64,000 bases of DNA from a virus: positions 1 through 64,000 of IMG/VR virus record IMGVR_UViG_3300010354_000001; one strand, given 5' to 3'. Positions 47,853 through 58,422 of this stretch are shown piece after piece. Below the pieces are notes generated by a model that worked only from the letters and a program-made list of their open reading frames with translations, did no database searches and was not told where the DNA came from. Each line of letters starts with the position of its first letter. Position 1 is the first letter of the stretch. The position numbers and the translations under genes are program-made.

Positions 47853-48170
47853 CTAACATACTTGAGGGAAATACTCCTTTAGTATACCCCTAATTAAACT
47901 AAAAGATTCTGCACTAATATCTAGGTCTTCTTCTAATATATCTTCTTGCTTAGTTTTATTTTCTACGTAAACCGTAAGCTCTTTATTCTTCCATACTTCC
48001 ATAGAGAAGTAATAAGATTCATTTTCTATTATTACTTGGTAAGCTCCTTGATTCTCGCCATAGTAGTCTAGTAAGGCATCTTTGTGCCCTTTATATTTGT
48101 CTTGTAATTCTTTAACAAATTCAGGTAAAGTCATATACTCAGTATTACATAAGATCAAGTCTGTAGGCAT
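47853..48170 (-). CDS. Hypothetical protein
   Basis: 105 aa acidic ORF. Confidence 0.65.
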   Translation of the reverse strand: MPTDLILCNTEYMTLPEFVKELQDKYKGHKDALLDYYGENQGAYQVIIENESYYFSMEVWKNKELTVYVENKTKQEDILEEDLDISAESFSLIRGILKEYFPQVC

Positions 48171-48630
48171 TAAATTTATCTTTTAATTCTTTGGGGTAAT
48201 GCTCATGACACCATACAAATGCTTCATAAGCTGATTTAGTCCTATACAAGTATTCATCTATACCTATGCCTATATGTCGAGGAGTGCACTCATCTATAAA
48301 ACAAACACTTTTCATTGCGGTGTGTCCAGCCCATGTATAGGTGATTTCACTGTCATGCTCATACCCTTCATACTCAGGTAGACATGCCTCAAGTGCACCT
48401 TTAGGAATAATTGGAGTTAAATGATCTATAAACCTAAAGAAAGCAGGTAGAGTATCTGGTCTTTGATCTATCTCATAAAGTGTTATATCTCTAGCTACAG
48501 CTAGGTAGTTATTAGCTCGGTTATAAAACCGTCCTTGTTCATTTACAAATACGTTAGATACTCTACGGAAGTCATATCCTAAATCTAGTATCTTTTTACT
48601 TTCTTCGTAGGTTAGGTTTAATTCGATCAT
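48145..48630 (-). CDS. Hypothetical protein, paralog of 63697-63990
   Basis: Shared PIIPK.ALEACLP and EAF.WCH..YP..L..KF. Confidence 0.75.
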   Translation of the reverse strand: MIELNLTYEESKKILDLGYDFRRVSNVFVNEQGRFYNRANNYLAVARDITLYEIDQRPDTLPAFFRFIDHLTPIIPKGALEACLPEYEGYEHDSEITYTWAGHTAMKSVCFIDECTPRHIGIGIDEYLYRTKSAYEAFVWCHEHYPKELKDKFNAYRLDLM

Positions 48631-48652
48631 TTATTTACTCCTTCAGGATTAC

Positions 48653-48934
48653 CTAATTCCCATTCAACTGTTTAAGTCCTATACCAGTACAAATTGCAGT
48701 TGCTATAGTACTTAAAATACTAGCAGCAATATCAGCATTTTCCATAACTCCCTGATTAATATATAAAATTAAAGCAGAAAATATAATAAAATAAAAAATA
48801 AACATCAAAGAAACAATAAATACTGCAAATGCTAATATACCTGCAATTTGTAAAGATAAAAAGAAATCTCCCTCACATACATTTAGAGAAAATATAAACA
48901 GGATTAATAAGGTGCAGATTGTAAAAGTTAACAT
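48653..48934 (-). CDS. Membrane protein (3 TM, leaderless)
   Basis: Very hydrophobic; TGTTATAAT 6 nt before ATG. Confidence 0.65.
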   Translation of the reverse strand: MLTFTICTLLILFIFSLNVCEGDFFLSLQIAGILAFAVFIVSLMFIFYFIIFSALILYINQGVMENADIAASILSTIATAICTGIGLKQLNGN

Positions 48935-49065
48935 ACAGCTATTATAACATAAAATTTACCTCTCAAACCATATGGTAATGTAGCATCTGGTTTTAAAATT
49001 TTCTGGGGAATTTTTTAGGTATTTAGGTTTTTTGGGATTTTAGAAGTGGTTTTTGGAATTACTGT

Positions 49066-49372
49066 ATGTGTCTTTTTTGAGGTTTATTTCTTTTATGACA
49101 TACCGATATGGGGAATCCCGTTTCGTTTTTTGAGGCTTAATTCTTTTCGGGCGTAGCGTCTGATTTTAAAAATATGTAGGAATTTTTTTGGGGATTGTGT
49201 TTTTTCTAAATTCTGAAATGGCTTTGGGGTTATTGTGTGTGTTTTTTTGAGGCTTTTGAGCGTATTTTTTAGAGTGATGTAGCGTTTGATTTGAAATTTT
49301 AAAGAGTTTAATTCTTTTCGGTATGTCTTTTTTGAGGCTTAATTCTTTTCGGATGTAGCGTCTGATTTGAAA
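49066..49372. repeat. T/G-skewed direct repeats
   Basis: TTTTTTGAGGCTTAATTCTTTTCGGnnGTAGCGTCTGATTT at 49126 and 49328, plus partial copies. Confidence 0.8.
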
Positions 49373-50465
49373 TTTTTGTGGGGTTGTGTCTTAGGCTACT
49401 TTTCACGTAAATACGTATTACCGATTTTTGACTCTAAACTGGGTCCCTTAAAAGCATGGCTATTCAATGATTTTGGACTATCTGCAAGGCTCCATAGCAA
49501 ACGAATTCACGCAAAAACTAGAAAATATATACTTCAATATCGAAACAACGTATAAAGAGAATCCTCAAAGGTCTAACAAGATAATTGCACGCAAGCTAAT
49601 ATGCTTATCGGCTAGCAAAGGCACGCAAGGCGTGAAATTTATGACATTTTGAAGGCTTTTTATCAGTTCAAGATAACACTGTATTATCTTTACTAAGTAA
49701 GAAAGGGATAATGGCTCCTAGTCTAGGTTATACGGTTTATAGTGTTTTACGCAAAGCAAAATAAGCATATTATCTTGTGCAAGTAAGAGTATGCGATAAG
49801 AACTGGACTGTTTTTAACCTAATTTCTGAAATAAGTTTCTTAACAGCTTTAATCAGGACTTTTAAAAGTCCTAGATTGATATTTTAAAGTTTATTACATT
49901 AGCCGATACAGTGATTTGCACTTTATATATCGCTAGAACCCTGTTATAGAAAGGGTTACAACTGATAGCAAGTTTTTCATTCTACATCTATCATTAGAAT
50001 TATGTCCAGTAGTGCTTTTCAGCGAATTTAAACTTTAAATGACTGGCCCATTTATTGTCGTGAAAGCCTTTTATAGACTGGTTTTCAGTGTCTTAAGAGT
50101 AGGGAAAGTTCCATGCTTGGGCCGATTTTTTACATCTACAGAGTAGAGACGGAAGCGGTAGCTTTATGCTCTTAATTAAAGTGTAATACATTGATTATTG
50201 GGAATTTAGACAGGGCCAGAAGGCTCTAGGACGAACGAAAATAGGTCTAAAGGTATAAATACTAGGCTATGGTATTTATTACGCTCCTAGCCGATAAGTA
50301 AATTATTTTGTTAATTTGTAAAGCGTAAATATAGATTTTTTACTGGAAAATGGGTATTTTGGGGCCCGAGATTTATATATTTCATTCTGAAAGCCTTTGC
50401 TGGAAAGGGTTTTAAGCTGTAAAAAGCCATATAAAAAAGTTTTACCCGCAACATACAAGCCCCCC

Positions 50466-50600
50466 CAATAAAGCCATAAAAAGCCCCAAAAAAGCCATAA
50501 AAAAGAGCTGATAAGCTCTTAAAAGAGCCGTAAAAAAGAGCTGAAATAAAGAGCTGAAAAGCTTTTAAAAAAGAACTGGAATATAAAGAGCTGGAATAAA
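50466..50600. repeat. AAAGCC / AAAGAGCTG short repeats
   Basis: Multiple A-tract-spaced AAAGCC(A/C) and AAAGAGC(T/C)G units. Confidence 0.7.
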
Positions 50601-51353
50601 CTTTTAAAATATCCCTACTACTGGATACTTTTTAAATATCTCCCCTACAAGTACAAGGGCCCATAAAAGGCCCGATAAATACTTCTAAAATCCTTTATCT
50701 AAGCATGTTCTAAGCTATTTTAGGCCCTAAGTAAAATATTAGGCCTTATAGATATTCTTAAAACTCTTTACTGATGAAGGTTCTAAGCTATTTTGGGCCC
50801 GAGAAAGTTATATAAAAAGAGCTGGTATAAAAAGCTAAGTAATTACATTGTTATTACTTTTACAAAATAAAAAAAGAGTTGAGATCTTTTAACTTCTCAA
50901 CTCTTTTATAGTGTATCGGGGGGCCTAAGGCTATATTAAGCTAAGCCCTGTCTTCCTATCTGTTATAGATAGGGTATTACCTGCGAGGCCGTGAAAATAG
51001 ACCTCTGCCTGTTTATACCCCTTAGCACTCAAAATGCACTAGCGTCTTACCGCTAGCCGTTATATAAACAACTTGACGGTATCCATCAATGATTATTGAA
51101 TCGTTCATTTGTACTACTCTATTAATTAATTTATTTTCCATACCTACTATTTTAACATATTTAATTAAGATCTGCTTAAGAAAGTAATATATTTTTAGTT
51201 TATTAACTTTATTTAATACTTGTTAGTGTTATGCGGCCTTATGGGATTGTATTAAAATTGCTTATCGGCTTAGGGGTTAAAATCTTGCAGTTGCTACATA
51301 TGTATCTTTTTTAAATTTACTAGCTTATGCCGATAAGCAGAAATATAAGCAAT

Positions 51354-51381
51354 AAAAAAGCCTAGCGGGGGGGCTAGGCTT
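51354..51381 (-). terminator. Intrinsic terminator
   Basis: AAGCCTAGC-loop-GCTAGGCTT followed by a T-run on the minus strand, after the 51400 gene. Confidence 0.7.
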
Positions 51382-51399
51382 GGGGGGGTTTATTGGGGA

Positions 51400-51585
51400 T
51401 TAGTTAGACTTAGCTAACCTAATCCAGGTATTTACCTCCGCCATTTCTGCAGAAGTGAACTCTATGAATTTTATACCCATCTGCTCAGCTTCTTGGGTAG
51501 TGGCTTTAATTTTAGCTAGTAAAGCTAAATTAGCTTTAGTAGCTTTAGTAGCTCTTATTAAGTTTAGCACTGCATTTTTTCCCAT
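51400..51585 (-). CDS. Small hypothetical protein
   Basis: ORF between a repeated leader and a terminator. Confidence 0.65.
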   Translation of the reverse strand: MGKNAVLNLIRATKATKANLALLAKIKATTQEAEQMGIKFIEFTSAEMAEVNTWIRLAKSN

Positions 51586-51696
51586 AATTTACTTCTTTTA
51601 GATTTGTTTTAGCTGTTTACTCAGCTCTCTATACTTCTTATATTAGCATATAAAATTAAGCTATGGTTAAGAACATGCTAATAAATCGTTAAAAGA

Positions 51697-52014
51697 TTAT
51701 AAGGATTTTTTTAAAGAAATTATAGTCTCCTTTAGTTCTAACAGTTTAGATAAAGGTAATTTTACTCGCACATAGTCTCCTAGATTATTAATAACAACTA
51801 GAATATATTTATCTAGGTCTTTAATATCTTCTAGCTCCCTGTCACAAGAGCTAAAATCGGGAGTCCCGTCCCAATTATTAACATAGGCCAGATGGTCATC
51901 TATTAGATCAAATAACCTATCTTCCTCCGAACCTTCATAATCGCTAATACTAGCGATTCTATCGGGGGAGACTTGCCGCTCTTTTGTCCCCTTGTATATA
52001 GTGTTAAATAACAT
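51697..52014 (-). CDS. Hypothetical protein
   Basis: AAGGAG RBS. Confidence 0.7.
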   Translation of the reverse strand: MLFNTIYKGTKERQVSPDRIASISDYEGSEEDRLFDLIDDHLAYVNNWDGTPDFSSCDRELEDIKDLDKYILVVINNLGDYVRVKLPLSKLLELKETIISLKKSL

Positions 52015-52696
52015 TTTTTATTCTCCTTTACCTAGTTTTAAGATACTAGGATCTATTTTTAAGGGCCCGAGTTAGGGCCCCTGCTACTACATCTCTACTG
52101 CGATTAAATCGCTGAACCATACTCTCTCAGCAGGAGAATTTCTAACTACTCGGTTAGAATACACGTCATACGGCCGTATTATAGCAAACGTCCCCGTAAA
52201 TCCTACTAGTTTATACACTAGGCAACTTCCAGACTTTCTACATAATTTACTCATAATTTTTCAGCTCCTTTATACCTATAATATTAACACATAAAGTTAA
52301 TAAGTGGTTAAGAATATTTAAAAATATTCTTTTATTAACTTTATTTAATTTTCAAAAAAATTAGCCTGCTCTTTTACATGCCGCCTAAATAGTTTTTTGG
52401 CTTCTGTTAAACTATAAGCTGCATACCTTTTTTTATAAAATACCCCTTTATAATGGGTAGTTAAAATAATATCCCCGCTAGGAAATAATTTTTCTATATC
52501 TATTTTCATTTTGGCCTTTTACTGTTTGTTGAGTTTACCAGCTCTCTATACTATGCTATATTATTAAAATGGTATGCCTGGACTTATACATATACAATAT
52601 AACCAGTCTGCTGTATGCCACGCTGCTATAGTTAGGGCCATAGCTGCTAAGAATTGTACTAGTGTTATTTTGTTATCCATAGTTTTATTATTCCCT

Positions 52697-52879
52697 TTAT
52701 TTTAATATTATATTTTTGTATAAAGTACGTCCGTGTCCATCTTGAACATTACTCGGGATAGTTACCTGAGTTATCACGTAACCTAGCTTGACATGATTTT
52801 TAAGCATAGGTAGGTCATGATAACTATTAGTTAGTCCTATAACATGTGTTTCTTTTTTTAACGTATAATATTTTAGCAT
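52697..52879 (-). CDS. Small hypothetical protein
   Basis: AATAAAGGGAATAAAA leader shared with neighbours. Confidence 0.6.
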   Translation of the reverse strand: MLKYYTLKKETHVIGLTNSYHDLPMLKNHVKLGYVITQVTIPSNVQDGHGRTLYKNIILK

Positions 52880-52918
52880 AGTTTTTTTATTCCCTTTATT
52901 TATTGTTTTTAACCTATT

Positions 52919-53668
52919 TTAATCATTATTTTTTATAACGGGCATAATCATAACTGTAATATTATCTTGTTCTATGAATACAGGACTCTTAAGGATTCTC
53001 TCCCCTTCTGCATGCGTATAAAGTAGAATACCTTCCTGATTAGAAGTTTTAACAAGAGTTAATAAATCCTTAACATAAAAATTAACCTCCTTGGTTGCTT
53101 CGTCAAAATCTATAGAATCCTTTGCATTTAAAGTAATTGAATCATTTTTATTTTTAAAAGCATTTAAAGTTTTAAGCAAAGAACTTTTTTTAAAAATTCC
53201 CAATACTTTTTTATCTTCAATTAAGCACCCTAAATAGTTAGGAGCTTTAATGTCCAAGGACTCAGCACTATAGGTAAGTTTAACTTCTTTATAGCAGTTT
53301 AAAACTTTAAAAGTAACTGTATTATCTAGTTTTTCGATAGTTACTTTAAAGCCCTTTTTATCCAACTTGTTGAAAGCCTTTAAAGCAGTAGTTAATACTG
53401 CTACATCCTTACTATCCAGTAATACATAATTATTACTGGTAGAATCAGTAGGGCCTAATTTAGTTAATACCAATTTGCTGCTATCGGAAGCTGCTATGTA
53501 AGCCCCGGATATGTAAATACTGTTAAGTATACCAATTGATTTGGTATTTACATAATCCAGGCTACTGCTAAGGCAGTTAACTAAATCTAAACTATTTATT
53601 TCTAAGATTGTTTCTGTCATTGTTTTTATTCCCTTTATTTTATTCCCTTTATTTTTAAATATTAACAT
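52919..53668 (-). CDS. DNA polymerase III beta-clamp-like protein (truncated; likely start 53620)
   Basis: ILNSIYI..IAASDSSKL, APNY, C-terminal VMIMPV resemble clamp motifs. Confidence 0.6.
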   Translation of the reverse strand: MLIFKNKGNKIKGIKTMTETILEINSLDLVNCLSSSLDYVNTKSIGILNSIYISGAYIAASDSSKLVLTKLGPTDSTSNNYVLLDSKDVAVLTTALKAFNKLDKKGFKVTIEKLDNTVTFKVLNCYKEVKLTYSAESLDIKAPNYLGCLIEDKKVLGIFKKSSLLKTLNAFKNKNDSITLNAKDSIDFDEATKEVNFYVKDLLTLVKTSNQEGILLYTHAEGERILKSPVFIEQDNITVMIMPVIKNND

Positions 53669-53805
53669 ATCTTTTAAAAAAAATATGGTCTTATAAAAAA
53701 ATTAAAAATTAAAATAAGCACTGCCCCGATAATTGTCAATACATTTATAAAAACGTATATACTGAAAGCATCTAAATCGTATTTACTCATTGTTTTTACC
53801 TTTTT

Positions 53806-54108
53806 TTAATTATTTGTGTAAATAAATTCTAAATTTTTCTCTATTATTTCTTTCTTATCTAGAATTTCAGCAGTATCAGCATTCAATTCGTCAATACCCA
53901 TTAGGTCTAACATATTATCTAGAGCCTCGTAAATCTGTTCTATATTTTCTGAAAAATCTGGAAGTCTTGGAGCTGGTACAGATTCGCTAATACATATTCG
54001 GTATCTTAACCTGAGCTCATCTTCAACTTTATCTATATCTTGCTCTCTTAATGTTATCTTAATAATATCTTCTATCGTCATTTTTACCTCCATTTTTAAT
54101 ATTAACAT
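53806..54108 (-). CDS. Hypothetical protein
   Basis: GGAGG before MTIED. Confidence 0.65.
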   Translation of the reverse strand: MLILKMEVKMTIEDIIKITLREQDIDKVEDELRLRYRICISESVPAPRLPDFSENIEQIYEALDNMLDLMGIDELNADTAEILDKKEIIEKNLEFIYTNN

Positions 54109-54378
54109 TTACTCATTTATCTATTAGGGATTTATACAGTTCTGAAAGCCTGTCAGGGATTGGGTTTCAGGGGAAAATCCTCTACAATCAATTAAAATTA
54201 GCATGGATAGATATTCATACAGGCTTGTTAATTTTCGTTGATTCTAGAGGAATGACCTCTACAACCCTGTCACTGAAAGGGTTTTAAAAACACTAATTCT
54301 AGATAATATACATTTAGTAATACTTATTAGTGTTTGCCTACCCTAAACGATAAATGAGAGATTTTTAATGTTGTTTTC

Positions 54379-55242
54379 CTAATAAGTAAATCCTAGTTTT
54401 TCCATATCTGATTTAAAATTTTGCATTAAAGCTGGTAAACGCTCTAGTAACAATTTTTTTAAATCTTCCTTGGGTAGTGACAGCTGCTCATCTGTGGCCT
54501 CGGGCCATACGGCCGAGTTTCTAGCTGCTTTAAAATCTCGGTCTTTGCCTTCCCCCCAAGAAGTTGGCTCCTGCACTATTTCCACTTTGCAATTAGTCAT
54601 AGCCGCTACAAAATTATTAGCTTCTTGTACACTATCAAACGGGGCCCTGTGCCACTCCTCCGTATCCATGCCGTTAAAAGAATATTTAGGAGAGAATTGA
54701 TACTCGTTTTTATGTCTGCTGTTTTTATGATGAATTTCAACAATTTTAAAATCTTTCCAATCAGCGGCCACTCCTACTAAGTCAATAAAATTTAATAATT
54801 CTCTACTAGGTTTATATAAAAATGGACTGTTATTAAATTTTAATTTTCTAGTAAAGTTATAAGGCTCTCCCTTCTTTCTGCCCCAACAGTCAAGATCTCC
54901 AACATTATATAATGTATTAGCTAGATAGTGCATAGGACCATCACTGGATACGTTATGCCATTTTATTAGGTAAGCAAGTTCTGGAGCATATTTAGCTATT
55001 TCGTCATGCAGGCAACCGCAACTTATTAAATTTTGCTCACTTGCTGGCTCAACTTTATAACTCCCTTGATATAGAGACCCTGTTATAGCAAAGGTATTAT
55101 GTCCATTATTGCATTCGTCATCAAAGCGTAAATTAATAAAGAGAGTATAATTTTTATCATTTTCTCTAAAATGTTTAACTATTTGCTTTTTCTGTTTTTT
55201 AGTTAGTATGCTGATAGGTAGTGTATTTAGTGTATTTTCCAT
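54379..55242 (-). CDS. Hypothetical phage protein
   Basis: 287 aa; FDDECNNGHNTFAITG, CGCLHDEI, KWH..GPMHY.ANT.Y. Confidence 0.8.
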   Translation of the reverse strand: MENTLNTLPISILTKKQKKQIVKHFRENDKNYTLFINLRFDDECNNGHNTFAITGSLYQGSYKVEPASEQNLISCGCLHDEIAKYAPELAYLIKWHNVSSDGPMHYLANTLYNVGDLDCWGRKKGEPYNFTRKLKFNNSPFLYKPSRELLNFIDLVGVAADWKDFKIVEIHHKNSRHKNEYQFSPKYSFNGMDTEEWHRAPFDSVQEANNFVAAMTNCKVEIVQEPTSWGEGKDRDFKAARNSAVWPEATDEQLSLPKEDLKKLLLERLPALMQNFKSDMEKLGFTY

Positions 55243-55265
55243 TTTGTTTATTTTCCTTTTATTTT

Positions 55266-55988
55266 TTAAATTAAATCTAATTCCTTAATCATTTCTGAAT
55301 ATTCCTTAAAATCTGCATTTTGCAAACATTCTAGAATATTGTCTAGATCTTCTGTCTCGGTAGCATAGTCAATAAACCTGTCAATACTGTAATAATAATT
55401 ATTATGAGATCTCATGTCATTACTTATTTTATCCTCGATTGAGGATCTTATTCTATCGGCTAACTCGAAATACAAATTAGTTATCTCTTCTGAGTCAGGA
55501 TCTTTTAACTCGTAATACGTACCATCTACTTCTACGTTAACCCAACAAGTGCCAAGCAATTCTTGGCCTTGCAAGCCATACCCATTTCTTAAGCATTTCT
55601 TAAGAATTTTAAAAGCTCTTGAATCAGTTTTTTTATTTTGAACAAGATAGCAGTATGCAAGATTGTTAAAATCTTTATTTTCCATATCTAGGTCAAAATT
55701 TATTTTGCAGGAATTATAGTTAAAATCCCATTTTTTTAATTCTACATTTTTAACGCTTTTAACTGCGTTACGAGGTAAGTCTTTAAGATAATAATCTTTA
55801 ATAATTTCCTCATCATCTAATTCATGCTTTAAATCATAAATAAACAACTCGTAATACTCATCATCTTCTAAAATTGCGTAAAAATTATTATCTTTACAGT
55901 ATTTTAGGACTTTGTTAATTTTCTCTCTATTTAAATTTTTATTAAGAGCTGCTTTGGCCCTGCTTGAGTAAGTTTTAACTATTGCCAT
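55266..55988 (-). CDS. Hypothetical acidic protein
   Basis: 240 aa ORF after a repeated leader. Confidence 0.75.
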   Translation of the reverse strand: MAIVKTYSSRAKAALNKNLNREKINKVLKYCKDNNFYAILEDDEYYELFIYDLKHELDDEEIIKDYYLKDLPRNAVKSVKNVELKKWDFNYNSCKINFDLDMENKDFNNLAYCYLVQNKKTDSRAFKILKKCLRNGYGLQGQELLGTCWVNVEVDGTYYELKDPDSEEITNLYFELADRIRSSIEDKISNDMRSHNNYYYSIDRFIDYATETEDLDNILECLQNADFKEYSEMIKELDLI

Positions 55989-56855
55989 TATTGGCCCCTT
56001 TTACTGTTTTTTAAGAGTTTATCAGCTCTCTATTTATCTTATACCCATAATCTTATCATAGCTAACACGCCTTAGCAAGATATTTTAAATTAACTTTTAT
56101 TAATTTTAGTATTAGGGTTAATTCTCATAATTACCTTATATCAGATCAATATTAAGAAATAGTTATGAAAAATAGCATTTATAGCTTATCGGCGTAACGA
56201 TTTAAAATATATAAAGGTATAAACACTAGGCTACTGCCTTTTTAATTGCTTATAGGGCATTTTAAAGAGAGAGCTTAAAAGCCTTTTTGGGATTGTGTTT
56301 TTAAGCTTTTTTTTGCTTAAAAATAGATAGTTAGTATCCCAATCTAACTAAAAAGCTAAATAAGATAGTCTTATCCTACTGCTCTTTTTTGTTTTTTAGC
56401 TCTCAAGAAAAAAAAGTTTAAAAATTATCCTATATAGAATTTTAGCAGGCCTTACTAAGGCCTTTGGGCCTGTGTCGGGCCTATAATAAATAAACTAGTA
56501 TAGGTTTGGGCCTGGCCTTGGCCATAAGTTAATAGCGTAACCCTGTCATAGAAAGACTTTCAGAAATATAAAAATTAAAAATAAAACTATTGGGCCTGCT
56601 ACATAAATAACTTATTAAAATATTCTAGTGCTTGGGCCACGGCTTTAATTAGAAAGCTGTCCTAGACGGGGTTTAAAGAATAAAATTTTATACAGTTCTG
56701 GAGTTGTTGGGCCACGTGCTGGCCCTAAAAAATAATTTAAAAAAGCTGTTATAAATTTAAAAATTGTGGCATAGTAGAAGTATGAGCAACTTAGAGATTT
56801 TTAAACATTTAGCTGCTAAAGAGCTTTTTTTTAGAAAAAAAATTTTAAAAAACTC

Positions 56856-56884
56856 TTGACAGCTTAACCAAGCCTTAGTATAAT
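56856..56884 (+). promoter_or_regulatory. Consensus sigma-70 promoter with AT-rich UP element, no ORF downstream
   Basis: TTGACA-N17-TATAAT. Confidence 0.8.
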
Positions 56885-56944
56885 TAAGGCATAAAGAGAT
56901 TAAGAGATAAATCTTCAATCTCTTAGTAAACTGAAAAAAAGAAT

Positions 56945-57054
56945 AGCCCCCAAGCCCAAGCCCCAAGCCCAAGCCCCAAGCCGAAGCCGAAGCCCAAGCC
57001 CCAAGCCGAAGCCGAAGCCCCAAGCCGAAGCCGAAGCCGAAGCCCTAAAAGCCG
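56945..57054. repeat. Tandem 6-7-mer repeat (AAGCCG / AAGCCC / AAGCCCC)
   Basis: About 16 consecutive units. Confidence 0.95.
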
Positions 57055-57504
57055 CTCTGGGCCTATATTCCACCAATTATTAAATTTTTATAAAATTTTT
57101 TAATCCGAAATACGTATTACACATTAAAAAAACTCCAAAAATCCAACCTTAATAAAAAACATAATTCATTTTAAAAAATCATGGGAGTTCGGGAGCCTCG
57201 AAACTAATTCGTTTTTAAAAATCTTGGGGAGTCTGGCAGGTTTTGTGTCTGCTGTTCCCTTTGCAGTTTTCCCTACTCTATAATTAAGTTACTATACTTT
57301 ATAGCTTTTAAATTTAATATCTTTGCACTAAATACATACATAATGTAGTATATGATAACTTGTAGTTGCTTCTGCTCTATGCTTGTATAGAGTATCCTAC
57401 TAGGGTAGGTACGTATGTAGTTTAAAGTATCTTATAATGAGCGTTACCTGCGGTTTATACCTGTTATATAGTATCTTATCCTATATATTATGTATATAAT
57501 ACAT

Positions 57505-57565
57505 ACTCCGCAAAAACTCCGCAAAAATTATTTTTGGGCGATACTGTGGCGAAAACTCCGCAAAA
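57505..57565. repeat. ACTCCGCAAAA x3
   Basis: Three direct copies in the intergenic region. Confidence 0.7.
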
Positions 57566-57566
57566 T

Positions 57567-58196
57567 CTAAACACCACCTTCTTTTGGGCGAAAATGTAGA
57601 CTTTTCCTGTCGTGCAATTTATACACATAGCAATGTTTTGGAGGTAATGTTATAGGAGTTAGTAATCCTTGTTCTAACTTCTCTCTGAGTCTTTTAACGA
57701 AAGGTTTATACTCCCCTTTGTGTTTAGTTCTTAAAGCTCTTGAATGGTAAGTTTTACCTGTTTCTGGATCTAAATATCCTTTGTCTTTACTACCTAAGCC
57801 TAAATACTCAAAGTTAGAAGCTTTGTAAATAATTCCTGTATGCCCATATAAGGGATCCGCATAAGATACTATTACTTTGATAGTAGGATCTGTTTGTTTA
57901 ATATGCTTTATACACTGGGCTATAACCCTACTCTCAGAATTTTTTGCAGTCTCGTCTACTAATACTAATCTCCGCAATTCTAAAACCTCATGCTCGTTCT
58001 GGGCGAAGCGTTTCCATGCCGTGGTAGACATAGCCCCAAACAGCACCGCTCCTACAAGATACCCTTCATGCTCTACTGCAAAAGAGTAGGATACTTTAAC
58101 TCCGTTAATACTGTGAGAGTAGTGTTTATTTTCAATAAAAGATTTAATCTCTGAAACCTTACACTCCCTTATGGTTAAATCTTTAGCTGGGATCAT
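57567..58196 (-). CDS. Mom-like (GNAT-fold) DNA modification protein
   Basis: KHYSH, ELRRL, KNSESRVI, IVSYADPLYGHTGIIYKASNF.YLG. Confidence 0.85.
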   Translation of the reverse strand: MIPAKDLTIRECKVSEIKSFIENKHYSHSINGVKVSYSFAVEHEGYLVGAVLFGAMSTTAWKRFAQNEHEVLELRRLVLVDETAKNSESRVIAQCIKHIKQTDPTIKVIVSYADPLYGHTGIIYKASNFEYLGLGSKDKGYLDPETGKTYHSRALRTKHKGEYKPFVKRLREKLEQGLLTPITLPPKHCYVYKLHDRKSLHFRPKEGGV

Positions 58197-58422
58197 TCTA
58201 ATTTACAGAAAAAGGTAACTTAGTGCTATTATGCCCGCACCTAAAGCACCTAATATATAGTGTGTCTGTGAGTAATCTCCACCTGCCGCAGCATTTATTA
58301 TATCAGTTACCATAATCAAAGTAAACATTACTAAAGATACTGTGTTAAAAGTACTCATTTATTTCCTCCCTCTATTTCTTCCTTTACTCTCTCGAATCTA
58401 TCTATTGTGTAATCTATTTCTA

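Noticed and set aside
49367-49652. Two short plus-strand ORFs
   Set aside because: They overlap each other in a repeat-rich non-coding boundary, with no RBS or motifs.
56757-57023. 88-aa ORF with LRLRLG/LGLGLG
   Set aside because: It is a translation of the tandem repeat, antisense to a strong promoter.
56945-57054. Possible CRISPR array
   Set aside because: Units are 6-7 nt and contiguous, with no unique spacers and no cas genes.
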